A DNA stretch of 64,000 nucleotides, from the NCBI GenBank assembly GCA_030390025.1, contig CM059431.1:97466001-97530000 (forward strand), written 5' to 3'. This document shows positions 22,296 through 34,310 of this stretch, piece after piece; the stretch's first letter is position 1, and every line of letters starts with the position of its first letter. The notes below the pieces were generated by a model. That model was not told the origin of the DNA and ran no database searches. It saw only the letters and a list, made by a program, of their open reading frames with translations. The DNA is from Squalus acanthias. Lineage: Eukaryota. Made by a program: the position numbers and the translations under genes.

Positions 22296-25200
22296 ACTCA
22301 CAGAATCATAGAAATTTACGACACAGAAGGAGGCCATTTGGCCCATCGTGTCTGTACCGGTCAAAAAAGAGCCATCCAGCCTAATCCCACTTTCCAGCTC
22401 TTGGTCCGTAGCCTTGCAGGTTACAACACTTTTATCCAAGCATATCCAAGTACTTTTTAAATGCGGTGAGGGTTAGTCATAGAGTTATACAGCACGGATA
22501 GAGGCCCTTCGGCCCATCGTGTCCGCGCCGGCCATCAAGCCCTGTCTAATCTAATCCCATATTCCAGCATTTGGTCCGTAGCCTTGTATGCTATGGCATT
22601 TCAAGTGCTCATCCAAATGCTTCTTGAATGTTGTGAGGGTTCCTGCCTCCACAACCCTTTCAGGCAGTGAGTTCCAGACTCCAACCACCCTCTGGGTGAA
22701 AAAGTTCTTTCTCAAATCCCTTCTAAACCTCCCGCCCTTTACCTTGAATCTATGACCCCTTGTTATAGACCCCTCTACTAAGGAAAAAAGCTCCTTAGTA
22801 TCCATCCTATCTATGCCCCTCATAATTTTGTACACCTCAATCATGTCCCCCCTCAGTCTCCTCTGCTCCAAGGAAAACAAACCCAATCTGCCCAGTCTCT
22901 CTTCATAGCTGAAGCACTCCAGCCCGGGTAACATTCTGGTGAATCTCCTCTGCACCCTCTCCAAAGCGATCACATCCTTCCTGTAGTGTGGCGACCAGAA
23001 CTGCACACAGTATTCCAGATGTGGCCTAACCAGTGTTTTATACAGCTCCATCATAACCTCCTTGCTCTTATATTCTATGCCTCAGCTAATGAATGCAAGT
23101 ATCCCATATGCCTTTTTTACCACCTTATCCACCTGTTCCGTCGCCTTCAGGGATCTGTGTACTTGCACACCAAGATCCCTCTGACCCTCCGTCTTGCCTA
23201 GGGTCTTACCATTCATTGTGTATTCCCTTGCCTTGTTAGTCCCTCCAAAGTGCATCACCTCGCACTTTTCCGGATTAAATTCCATTTGCCACTGTTCCGC
23301 CCATCTGACCAACCCATCTATATCGTCCTGCAGACTGAGGCTACCCTCCTCGCTATTTACCACCCTACCAATTTTTGTATCATCCGCGAACATACTGATC
23401 ATACCTCTTACATTCATATCCAAGTCGTTAATGTAGACCACAAACAGCAAGGGACCCAGCACCGATCCCTGTGGTACCCCACTGGCCACAGGCTTCCAGT
23501 CACAAAAACAACCTTTGACCACCACCCTCTGCCTTCTGCCACTGAGCCAGTTTTGTATCCAATGTGCCAAGGCACCCTGGATTCCATGGGCTCTTACCTT
23601 CTTGACCAGTCTCCTGTGCGGGACTTTATCGAAGGCCTTACTGAAATCCATGTATACCACATCCACTGCGTTACCCTCATCCACACACCTAGTCACCCCC
23701 TCAAAAAATTCAATCAAATTAGTCAGACATGATCTTCCCTTGACAAAGCCATGTTGGCTAACCCTGATTAATCCTTGCCTCTCCAAGTGGAGACTGATTT
23801 TGTCCCTCAGAATTTTTTCCAATAATTTTCCTACCACTGATGTTAGGCTCACTGGCCTGTAGTTCCCCGGTTTTTCCCTACTCCCTTTCTTGAATAATGG
23901 TACTACATTAGCGGTTCTGCCTCTACCACCCTTTCAGGAAGTGAGTTCCAGACCCCTACCACCCTCTGGGTGAAAAAGGTTCTCCTCAACTCCCCTCTGA
24001 TCCTTCTACCAATTACCTTAAATCTATGCCCCCTGGTTATTAACCACTCTCCAAAGGGAAATAGGTCCTTCCTATCCACTCCATCTAGGCCCCTCATAAT
24101 TTTATACACCTCAATCAAGTCTCCCCTCAACCTTCTCTGTTCCAAAGAAAACAACCCCTATATCATTGCAGTAAAACGTCTTTACTCTTATACTCAAATC
24201 CTCTTGTAATAAAGGCAAACATATCATTTGCTTTCCTAATTGCTTGCTGCATTGCTGTGCCTGCATGTTAACTTTCAGTGATTCGTGTACAAGGACACCC
24301 AGGTCCTTTTGAACACCAATATTTTCCAATCTTTCGCCATTTAAAAAATACTCTGCTTTTCTATTTTTCCTACCAAAGTGGATAACTTCACATTTCTCCG
24401 CATTATATTACATTTGCCATGTTCTTGCCCACTCACTTAGCCTGTCTATATCCCCTTGAAGCCTCTTTGCATCCTCCTCACAACTTACATTCCCACCTAA
24501 CTTTGTATCATCAGCAAACTTGGATATATTACATTTGGTCCCCTCATCCAAATCATTGATACAGATTGTGAATAGCTGAGGCCCAAGCACTGATCCTTGC
24601 GGTACCCCACTAGTTACAGCCTGCCAACCCGAAAATGACCCGTTTATTCCTACTCTCTGTTTTCTGTCCGTTAACCAATCCTCAATTCATGCTAGTATAT
24701 TACCCCCAATCCCATGAGCCCTAATTTTGTTTAATAACCTCTTGTGTGGCACCTTATCGAATGCCTTCTGAAAATCCAAATACACCACATCCACTGGTTC
24801 CCCTCATCTATTCTGCTAGTTACAACCTCAAAAAACTCTAACAGATTCATCAAACATGATTTCCCTTTCATAAATCCGTGTTGACTCTGCCCAATCCTAT
24901 TATTATTTTCTAAGTGCCCTGTTACCACATCCTTAATAATAGATTCTAGCATTTTCCCTACTACTGATGTCAGGCTAACTGGTCTGTAGTTCCCCATTTT
25001 CTCTCTCCCTCCTTTCTTAAATAGTGGGGTTACATTTGCTACCTTCCAATCTGCGGGAACCGTTCTAGAATCATTGGAATTTTGGAAAATGACAACCAAT
25101 GCAGCCACTATCTCTATAGCCACCTCTTTTAAAACCCTAGGATGTAGGCCATCAGGTCCAGGGGATTTATCAGCTTTCAGTCCAATTAATTTCTCCAGTA

Positions 25201-26150
25201 CTATTTTTTTACTAATACTAATTTCTTTCAGTTCCTCATTCTTGCTAGACCCTTGGTTCACCACTATTTCCGGGAGGTTTATTGCGTCTTCTTCCGTGAA
25301 GACAGACACAAAGTATTTGTTTAATTTCTCTGCCATTTCCTTATTCCCCATTATCATTTCTCCTGTCTCAGCCTATAAGGGACCCACGTTTACTTTAGCT
25401 AATCTTTTCCTTTTTGCATACCTATAGAAGCTTTTACAGTCTGTTTTTATGTCTCTTGCTAGTTTACTCTCATATTCTATTTTCCCTTTCTTTATCAATT
25501 TTTTGGTCCTCCTTTGCTGGAAAGGAATAAAGGAAAGTATCCCATATGCCTTGTTAACTGCCTTATCTATCTGTCCTGCTACCTTCAGGGATCTGTGGAC
25601 ATGCACTCCAAGGTCCTTCTGTTCCTCTACACTTCTCAGTATCCTACCAGATATTGTGTTTTCCCTTGCCTGGTTAGACCTCCCCAAATGCATTACCTCA
25701 CACTTCTCTGGATTGAATTCCATTTGCCACTTTTCTGCCCACCTGACCAGTCCATTGATATCTTCCTGCAGTCTACAGCTTTCTTCCTCACTATCAACCA
25801 CACGGCCAATTTTTGTATCATCTGCAAATTGCTTAATCATGCCCTCTACATTTGGCTAAATCATTGATATATACACCACAAAAAGCAAGGGACCTAGTAC
25901 TGAGCCCTGCGGAACCCCACTGGAACAGCCTTCCAGTCAGAAAAACACTCGTCCATCATTACCCCTTGCTTCCTGCCACTGAGCTAATTTTGGATCCAAC
26001 TTGCCACTTTCCCTTGGATCTCATGGGCTCTTACTTTTCTGACCAGTCTGCCATGTAGGACCTTGTCAAAAGCCTTGCTAAAATCCATGTAGACAACATC
26101 ACACACTCTTCCTTCATCGACCCTCCTTGTTACCTCCTCAAAAAATTCAG
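22296..26150 (-). mobile_element. Stack of at least five 5'-truncated or fragmentary CR1 copies (about 22296-22470, 22477-23902, 23903-24158, 24160-25520, 25525-26150)
   Basis: Repeated CR1 RT and C-terminal motifs (QHGF, DF.KAFDKV, FADD, FFTQRVV.VWNSLP) and ATAGA-type tails. Confidence 0.9.
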
Positions 26151-26337
26151 TTACTGTTTGACATGCAGTGACTGTTGTTAAGTTTTTGAAAGCATCCCCT
26201 GCACAAGTGCATCAGTCTTGCAAGTATGATGGTGGCTGCATCTATGGAAACAAAGATTCCAGCAAATCTGGTGCATTGATATAAAAGACACCTCCACAGT
26301 TTCATGGTCATCTGCGGTTAGAAACCCATTAAATATT

Positions 26338-27104
26338 GGCCCAGAAATTAAACATCGATGGTTGCCGCAGGGGTAAGGATTCCCCGCGATATCGCACTCC
26401 GCGCCTACCTTTTTGTTTCGGGCCCACACGAACTTCAGTTTCAGGGCCTCTCCCTGTTGCCGGCGTGCAGTACTTGCATGTCCCAGAGGCGCAATTAGTT
26501 CGTGCGAGCTCTGGGATCACGTGGGCCAGTTAGAGCCAATGGCAGCACACCATCTTTCATTCATAATTTTGACAGCAAGGGCTGTCAAAGCTATGAATAC
26601 TACAAGCCCCCAAAAGAACAGCTAAACAAACCTCAATTAAATTTTTTTTAAAAACATCACATTAATAAAATAACTATAGTTAAATAAATTAACCACTTTA
26701 AACAAAAAATTACATTTTTGAAAAAATTTAAATTCTTTTTAAAAGTTATAAAAATAAACTTACCTTTCTTTAAAGTCTCTAAAAAAGATAAACCTGTTGA
26801 AAAAATTTAAAATAACACTTAATTAACTACTTACCTTGTTAAAAGGGGGTCCTACGCCTGCTTTCTTTATGTGTAAAATCTTCACCACTTACCTGCGCGT
26901 TCAAACCTGAAAAAAAAACTAAGTGCACTGCGTGCGCACAGCCTGCAGCGCGCACGCGGTTCACTTAGGAACCGCCCCCTTTGCAATACACGAAGTGCCG
27001 GTTTCCCGCGCATGCGCAGTGCATGCAGGAAACCGGCAATTCGGGACCTAATACGCGAGAGTACACAGTGCGTACTCTCCCGCATTAGGTCTAATTTTCG
27101 GGCC
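26338..27104. mobile_element. Harbinger-type MITE
   Basis: TIRs GGCCCAGAAATTA / TAATTTTCGGGCC with an ATT TSD. Related, in reverse orientation, to 39737-40469 and 50349-51089. Confidence 0.82.
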
Positions 27105-27470
27105 ATTACCTTGAGATTCATAGGGACATTAAGGCTGCACAGAAAGCCCAACCCACTCACACACTGGGCTATCGAGTCGAAGTTTCAGCTTCAACATCAC
27201 AAACTCCACCAGTCCTACAAGCTCTGAAGTGAAAACAAAAGGAAAGTGTATTCCCCCTTGAGCTTATGATGTTTTTAATGTTGGGAAAACCCTGCCAGGA
27301 TCTATAAAGACATTTCACCTAAATACGAATGGGTTGTGCCCAACCCATTCACCTGTCTTTTCAGGTTCCAGATCTTGACCAACCTGCTCTTTCCAGCATT
27401 CCCTGAATGCCTTGTGAGCCTTGGGTGTGGTCAGTCACACTGAGGAAGAACAATCCCCAATCACTAACAC

Positions 27471-27646
27471 AAAAGCAAAATACTGCAGATGCTGGAAATC
27501 TGAAATAAAACAGAAAGTGCTGGAAGTACTCAGCAGGTCAGGCAGCATCTGTAGAGAGAGAAACAGAGTTAACGCTTCAGGTCGATGACCTTTCATCAGA
27601 TGCTGCCTGACCTGCTGAGTATTTTCAGCACTTTCTGTTGTTATTT
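27471..27646. mobile_element. Penelope pLTR remnant: inverted repeat enclosing a damaged hammerhead (27567-27600, minus)
   Basis: 27503-27551 is the reverse complement of 27597-27646. The core reads CTGATGA-A-AGGTCATCGACCT-GAAGC. Confidence 0.8.
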
Positions 27647-28455
27647 ACGTCTCATTTGCTCACGTTTTTGTAGAAACAAATATTCAATTCTAACTGAGAA
27701 ATATCTGCAACACAGATACATTGAGCCCAGAAAAATGGGGCATTTCAAAATTTACAGTGCTTGCAATTGGTTAAAACACTGGATAATCCCAGAATGTGCA
27801 GCAATTGACGTCTACCTTGCCCAAAAATGCTCGTAGCCCTGCCCTGCACTAGGTTCCACTCGCCCATCATCCCCCTCCTCACTGACCAACATTGGCTCCC
27901 GATCCCCAAACACATTCAATATTTTTTTTTTCATTTGTTTTTATCGGATGTGAGCGTCGCTGGCAAGGCCGGCATTTATTGCCCATCCCTAATTGCCCTT
28001 GAGAAGGTGGTGGTGAGCCGCCTTCTTGAACCGCTGCAGTCCGTGTGGTGAAAGTGCTCCCACAGTGCTGTTAGGGAGGGAGTTCCAGGATTTGGACCCA
28101 GTGACGATGAAGGATCGGCGATATACTTTTAAGTCAGGATGGTGTGTGACTTGGAGGGGAACTTGGAGGTGGTGGTGTTCCCATGCACTTGCTGACTTGT
28201 CCTTCTAGGTGGTAGAGGTCGCGGGTTTGGGCGGTGCTGCCGAAGAAGCCTTGGCAAGTTGCTGCAGTGCATCTTGTAGATGGTACACACTGCAGCCACA
28301 GTACGCCAGTGGTGGAGGGAGTGGATGTTTAAGGTGGTGGATGGGGTGCCAATGAAGCGGGCTGCTTTGTCCTGGATAGTGTCGAGCTTCTTGAGTGTTG
28401 TTGGAGCTGCACTCATCCAGGCAAGTGGAGAGTATTCCATCACACTCCTGACTTG

Positions 28456-29678
28456 TGTTGTGGGATTTCTCTCTGCCCCAAAGCAGATGGAGACGAGCGT
28501 GTCCTGGTTCCCAGTGATCTTTATTCAAGCTCGTGCAGGGAGAGGCCCTCTCAGTCTGGGCTGAGATGGGAGACGAATTTTTACATTCGAGCAGTTGGCT
28601 TATATACAATCTTACATCTTGTTTCCTTCACATCTTCGGGACTTGGCCAATTAATTGTCCAAGTCATGTACACTTAATCACATCTCCACAAAACACATCG
28701 GGGAAGAAATTCGGTTGCTTTGCGCCTCACGTTAGTGCCCTCTTGGGCGCTAACGGGGCGCAAAGCAACTAGCGCCCGGGCGCGGCGCCGCCAATGCCTC
28801 CCGTGAAATTCAGCGGGAGATTAGCGGTGGCGGTAACCGTCAGCACCCCATGGTGCTGCGCCACAGGCAATGACGTCATCGCCGTGCACAGCTCCCCGCT
28901 CGCGCCCCGGCCGCAATCTTCGGTAGTGCCCCCTGACTTACCACCGGACGCTATGTCCAACGGTGTCAGATGGGCCTACCTGCGGCCGGGGCAGCGTAAT
29001 TAAAGGCGAGGTGCCGGGCGGCCATTTTTGTTGCTGGCTGCTTGCCAGCACCTGCCTCCGTTGCCGTCCCTGACCTCCTGAGCACCCCCCCCCCCACCCC
29101 CGGCGGAGTGCCAGCTGTGCTCCATGAGCCCAGCACTTCTCCTGAGTGCCGAGCTCTTTTGCCGGCACTCCGATCCCCGGTGGCCCAGCTGGGCCCCGGG
29201 TCGCACTGCGCAAGGCCCCTCCCCTTTAAGAAGGGGAGGAAGGCCTGCAGTACCGCGGCGCAATGTGCACCCTAAGAGGGAGGCGGGGCGCTTCCAGTAG
29301 CGCCCCACTTCCCTCTTGGGGCGCTACCGATGAATTTCGGCCGCGGGGCGCTAATTTTTTTGCGACGCTAAAAGTAGCGCCCCAGCGAAGTTAGCGCCCC
29401 AGAGGGGGCGCGACTCAATTTTTCCCCCATCTTGTTTATCTCATTTGCCCTGTTTCCACATCTGCCATTGTTCTATCCAATTTACGTACACTTAACCACA
29501 TCTTCGCAAATCACATCTTGGCGGCCCATTGTTCAATGTATGGCCTCCTTGCCTTCTTTTACTCCCCCAATCATCGTGTAATATGCTTTTTCCAACTGTC
29601 CTTGTTCTGCCAGACTTCTCCTTTATTACATCAGCCAGCTAGTCAGTTAAGCCGCTAATCTAACTTTTAATTCCTTCA
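28456..29678 (-). repeat. 3' LTR of element B (contains a MITE)
   Basis: Matches 35369-35858 once 28700-29431 is removed. Confidence 0.95.
28700..29428. mobile_element. Harbinger-type MITE in the 3' LTR of element B
   Basis: Termini GGGGAAGAAATT / AATTTTTCCCCC with an ATC TSD. The empty site CACATCTTG is visible in the other LTR. Confidence 0.9.
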
Positions 29679-29690
29679 GTCCCCCTTTTT
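29679..29690 (-). promoter_or_regulatory. Polypurine tract of element B
   Basis: AAAAAGGGGGAC immediately precedes the 3' LTR start TGAAGG. Confidence 0.85.
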
Positions 29691-29879
29691 GGCCTTTGGT
29701 GATAGCCCAAGATGGCCAACTAACTTCACCTGCCCATGCTCCTCACCACATCACTGCTGGCCAGGCAGGTGGTTGGATTCGCACGGGTGTGGCTACTTAA
29801 ACTACCTCTTACATTCCCTGCTTCTCTACCAATCTATACTGTGTTTTAACAACAGTTTTAGCAATGGTTCGGTTACGGC

Positions 29880-32800
29880 GTCATTTACATCGAGTACAAT
29901 ATTCAAACATAAGTATGGTGACAATTAGCAACTGCACCACCACCAATACATGAGATGTAATTCTGATCCAGGGGTGAATGTCCACCCTAATACCCCAGTC
30001 CCAAAGTGTCTGCCAGCATGAGGCATCTTCCAGCTTGGCCTCCACATCCTTCCCCAGTTGTTTGACCTCCTGCTCAATTCGGTGATACTGCTTAATTATC
30101 GCCCCGGCCTCTTTCCTCAGTTCCAGTAGGTGTTCTGGTAGTTTCGGGATGTCATTCCCCTCAGGGAGTACATTATTCGAGCATGCTGTCCTTTAGGTCC
30201 TCAGTTGGACTCGCCCGTTCCTCGTGGGATGACCATCGGTAGGTTATGGTTGCATGTCCGATCGTTGTTGGGGCCTGGGGGCAGAAGCAGAAACTTGAGC
30301 TGGTCACTGGGCACCGGATGTTACCATACTGGTATTGGGATTCACTGGTGGTCACACAGTATTCTCCTTTTCCCCGGTGTGCTGCTTGCATTGACTCATG
30401 GTGGGCACTGGAAATTTCAAGGGTACAATTTAGGGTGGTGTTGAAGCCGTGAAAGGATATTTACTAGTCCTAGCCCCTTTAGGGCTACCCCGGATCAGGC
30501 GTATATCTCAGACGTTCACTTTCAACTAAAGTTTGAGGTAGCCGAATCCTAAAGACTCTTAATTGGGTCTGAAGGTCCGGGCTATCTCTTCCTAAAGCAA
30601 AGGAACAACCCGAGAATGTTACCGTCCTCCAGATAGTGCTTCTAATAAGTTTAGCTAGACTGTAACATCCCGGATATTATGAGGGTTCGGAAACCTCCCT
30701 CAGAATTCTGTAACTCTTCACCAAAGAGTGTACAGAGATTTAGTTTGCGAGTTTTTGATACAGAAGACTTATGTGAGACAATTCTAAAAATATATAGAGA
30801 TTTATTAAAGAACCGACATGCAATTTACAGTTGGTGAATCAGTCAATCGCAACATTAACAATTCTAAAAAGAGAAAAAATACCATCTTATTATTAACAGG
30901 GAATCTTACTTTTAAATCTTAACTTCGCTACAGTATTACTGTTCTTAAAGTTTTCTATACAGGATATCCATCAATATCAAATACCTTTGATCCCCGAGGT
31001 ACAAAGAGTGGTAGACCACAGAGCTGCCTCTGTAGCCAAGAATCGCTTTGCTCGATTAAAGCGAGTCTGATATCCCATTTGAAACTTCAATATTTATACC
31101 CTTTTCCAGTGGTATTTCCTTTAAAGTTTCTGCTGATGCAAGTTAATTATCCCTATTCATCTTTCTGCCGACCTCTGCAATTCTTAATGCTACATCAGCC
31201 AGAATCTTGTCTCATCTCCAGGTGTTCTAGGGTCACCATATAAAACGGTGTGAAAGGCAGGCGTTCCTTATTTTGTCATCTTTACAAGGGCAGATGTTCC
31301 TTATCTTATGTGCCATATTTACGAAGTTTAAATTAGAACACCTTATCCAGGGTGAACCATTGTTTTTGTTCCCAAAGGTCAGCCTGTCAGAGCCGTGCAC
31401 CTTCAGTTTCAATAAGGTTATTTATTCAGGGTCAACAACTGTCTTATCTCAATAGCCAGAATTCTTTCATAGCTATTTCATAGTTAGGTTTCTAAATTTC
31501 CAAACCCAGTTTGTCATGTTTTAATAAGGCCAGAATTCTTTCATAAGATAGTGTGTTTTTCTGAATAGGTTATATGGCTTATTCCTTCACAGCTTCACAT
31601 GGCTCCTGGCCCTGTCCCCACAGGATGTGGGCAGACTACGTTACTCCCCCTTTCTCTGCATCTCTCTAACAAGATCCCCGTCAAGAAGGAACCTTTCTGG
31701 GTTGCATAAGTGGGTGCGTGGTGGTACCTGAGCCAATTGCCATCTCTTATGATCCTGACATTCTCTACCTCGTAGAGGGGCTTGGATACCCTTTTCTGCA
31801 GACTGGGTATAGCTATCAGCCTCAGGTGAGTGGTAACACAATGTGTAGTTGTCGGGTAGACCTTTATAAGTCCTCGTAGGGTGCACAAAGAGCAACTGCC
31901 GCTCTCTGGCGCCCAGTCTTGCAGTGCGCTATCCATAATCCAATCCGGCACATCTCTATTGTGGAGCTGTGCTAGATTATGTCGCACCTCCCCCACTAGC
32001 CATGCCCCATAGGCCACGCACATTCGTTCCCTAGAGGCCTGATTGGTTACGTTATGCAGGGTGGCGGTGACGTGGTTAACTGTATGGGCATGGCTTTTCC
32101 AAAACTTGCACTTACTCTAATAGGGTTTTAGCCAAGTCTTTTCCAGTCTGTCCCTGATGTCCCTCCAAATTATTTGCCTTTAACATGAGGTCCCTTAGTT
32201 TGGATGTTAAATGATTCACCTTGCTATCGATTTCTGCTATATCCAGGGAATTAACTGTGGATGCCCCTGCACTGTAAGCAGTGGCTATGTCATTTACCAG
32301 GTTCCTCTTGCGGCGAGATAGGCTCGACCGCACGCGTCCCCCAGAGGCCCGGAGGGCATCAGTAACTATCATGTCGAGGAGCCGATGGTAAAACGACCTT
32401 GTACGCCATTCGCAACATTTGGGTAACCCCATCTGGCTAATATTGAGGACAACCAAACCTATCTCATGGTGTACATTCTCAAATAAGCACCTATCAGAAT
32501 CTCGGATCACGAGCCCCCCTTTGGGTCCCGAGCTATGCTGCGGACACCTCAAGGGTTCCTCCGTAGTCAAAGTGGTGGGCTTCAGGGCTCCTGTTACTGG
32601 GGTGGTCGGTGTGGTGGTGGGAGTATCCCGGGGGTTCAGCTTCCAACACCAATCATCAGAGTTGGTGCACTTGGAGGTTGGGCATAGTTCCCACCCTCCT
32701 TCTTCCTGCTGGGGTACCCCGGACATCTGAGTGAAATCTCTCCCACATCTTACTTGCATAGTTTCTCCCTGTACGCATGTTAATGTATCATCACTCTTCT

Positions 32801-33080
32801 TCCCGAAGCATACCGTGCTCATGTTTGTCCATTTAACAGCCATCCCCGTGTTACCCCTATCCCCTGTATCACCTGGCTTCTTGTCAAATATGCTTACACC
32901 CGTTAACCCGGAGCTACAATTTAAATACACTGTTTTATCAACTGTGACAGTTAACACCACACGTTCCCGATCGCAACTGATGTCGCTTGAGTTCTTGTAA
33001 TACAGGCCTCGTTGCTCCCTTCGGTCGACTGATGTGGCTCCTTCTGTGGTTGCCGTGGCCAGGCATATCAGTAAGGTCAT
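29880..33080 (-). pseudogene. env: env of element B, split by a solo LTR
   Basis: Signal-like start MTLLICLATATTEG, a Thr/Pro-rich stalk, RRKR/NLVNDIATAYSAGASTVNSLDI, a heptad region, and Cys-rich NVVCP...GFN...NC...YCVTT...FCFCP. A TM-like HVLVVVQLLIVTILMF lies near 29900-29955. Confidence 0.88.
30449..31591 (-). mobile_element. Probable solo LTR inserted in env B
   Basis: Interrupts env between ..EPC and GFN.., with inverted termini GTGAA/TTCAC, minus-strand AATAAA near 30800 and TATA near 31095. TSD unclear. Confidence 0.65.
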
Positions 33081-33179
33081 CCGTATTTGAGTCCTGTAGA
33101 GGGAGATAAACAGTGGACGCCGGTCGTCACCGGTTTAGTCCTTATTATTTACTGTGCTTTCGAATTTCTTAAGTTGCAT

Positions 33180-34310
33180 CTAGTGTTTCCACCGACCTTT
33201 TCCTTTCATATTTACGCATGCGCAAGTGTCGCTGGTCATTAGGACCTCGTAGGGTCCCTGCCAGCGAGGTGCCCATCCTGGTCTGGCGGATAAGACTCTT
33301 ACCATCACCCTGTCCCCTACTACGGGTAAATTTTGTTCTTCCTCCGTTTCCTCCAATTCCATATCCCTGACTATTTGTTGGTCCCTGAATTCCTGTCTCA
33401 GATCATGCAGTTGTTTGCATAGTTCCTTAATAAACCGCCTAATCCTGTCCTGGGCTGGTCCGACGTCTTCACTACCCGTGATCGTGCCCTCGGGCAGTCT
33501 CATGGCCCGCCCAGTCATTAGTTCAAACGGGGTTAGTCTGGCTGTGCGATTGGGCATAGCCCTCAGCCTCATTAGGATGCTCGGTAGTAGGTCCGCCCAT
33601 CCCCTGCCGGTCTCGGCAATGGCCTTTGCGAGTGACGCCTTTAAGGTTCTATTCATTCTCTCTACCATTCCCGAGCTCTGTGGGTGGTATGGTATGTGAA
33701 ACCTCTGTTTTACTCCTAATAGGGCGCGTGTCTGCTTGATGACTTTGGCAGTGAAGTGTGTTCCCTGATCTGAGTCTATTTGCAGTGGCACCCCCCATCG
33801 GGGTACTATTTCCTCAGGGAAAACCTTTGCGATGGTGGTAGCAGAGCAATCCCTTGTGGCGAATGAGGATACGACTGAAACAGAGAAGGAAGGGTGGAAA
33901 AGGAAAGGGGCAGACAAGGATGAGCATGGGATTTGGGAAAAGGAGGGACGAGTAGTAGCCCCTGAATGCTCCCGGGTCTCCATCTCCACAGCCCCCTTTG
34001 CTGCCTCGTCTGCCCACTAATTTCCCCTTTGGATACCATCCTGGACTTTCTGGTGTGCCTTGACCTTTATTACTGATGCCTGTCTGGGCCGCCTCGACCA
34101 ATTCCCTTACTGTCTCCTCGTGTTGTATATGTCCCCCACCAGAGGTTATATCTCCCCGTCTGCTCCAGGCGACCATGTGATCGTGGACCACCCCAAAAGC
34201 GTATCTGCTCTCTGTGTAGATATTCGTGGTCTGGCCTTTAGCTAATTTCAGGGCTTCAGTGAGGGCCGTTAATTTGGCAACCTGTGCGGAAAGTCCCCCT
34301 GGGAGCCTCC
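33180..34310 (-). pseudogene. pol: pol remnant of element B (RNase H C-terminal part and integrase core/C-terminus)
   Basis: LSAQVAKLTALTEALKLAKGQTTNIYTESRYAFGVVHD; IDSDQGTHF; YHPQSSGMVERMN; RWQGPY. Confidence 0.9.

Noticed and set aside
25373..25840. RT ORF with rearranged domain order
   Set aside because: It is read-through across the junction of two separate CR1 fragments.
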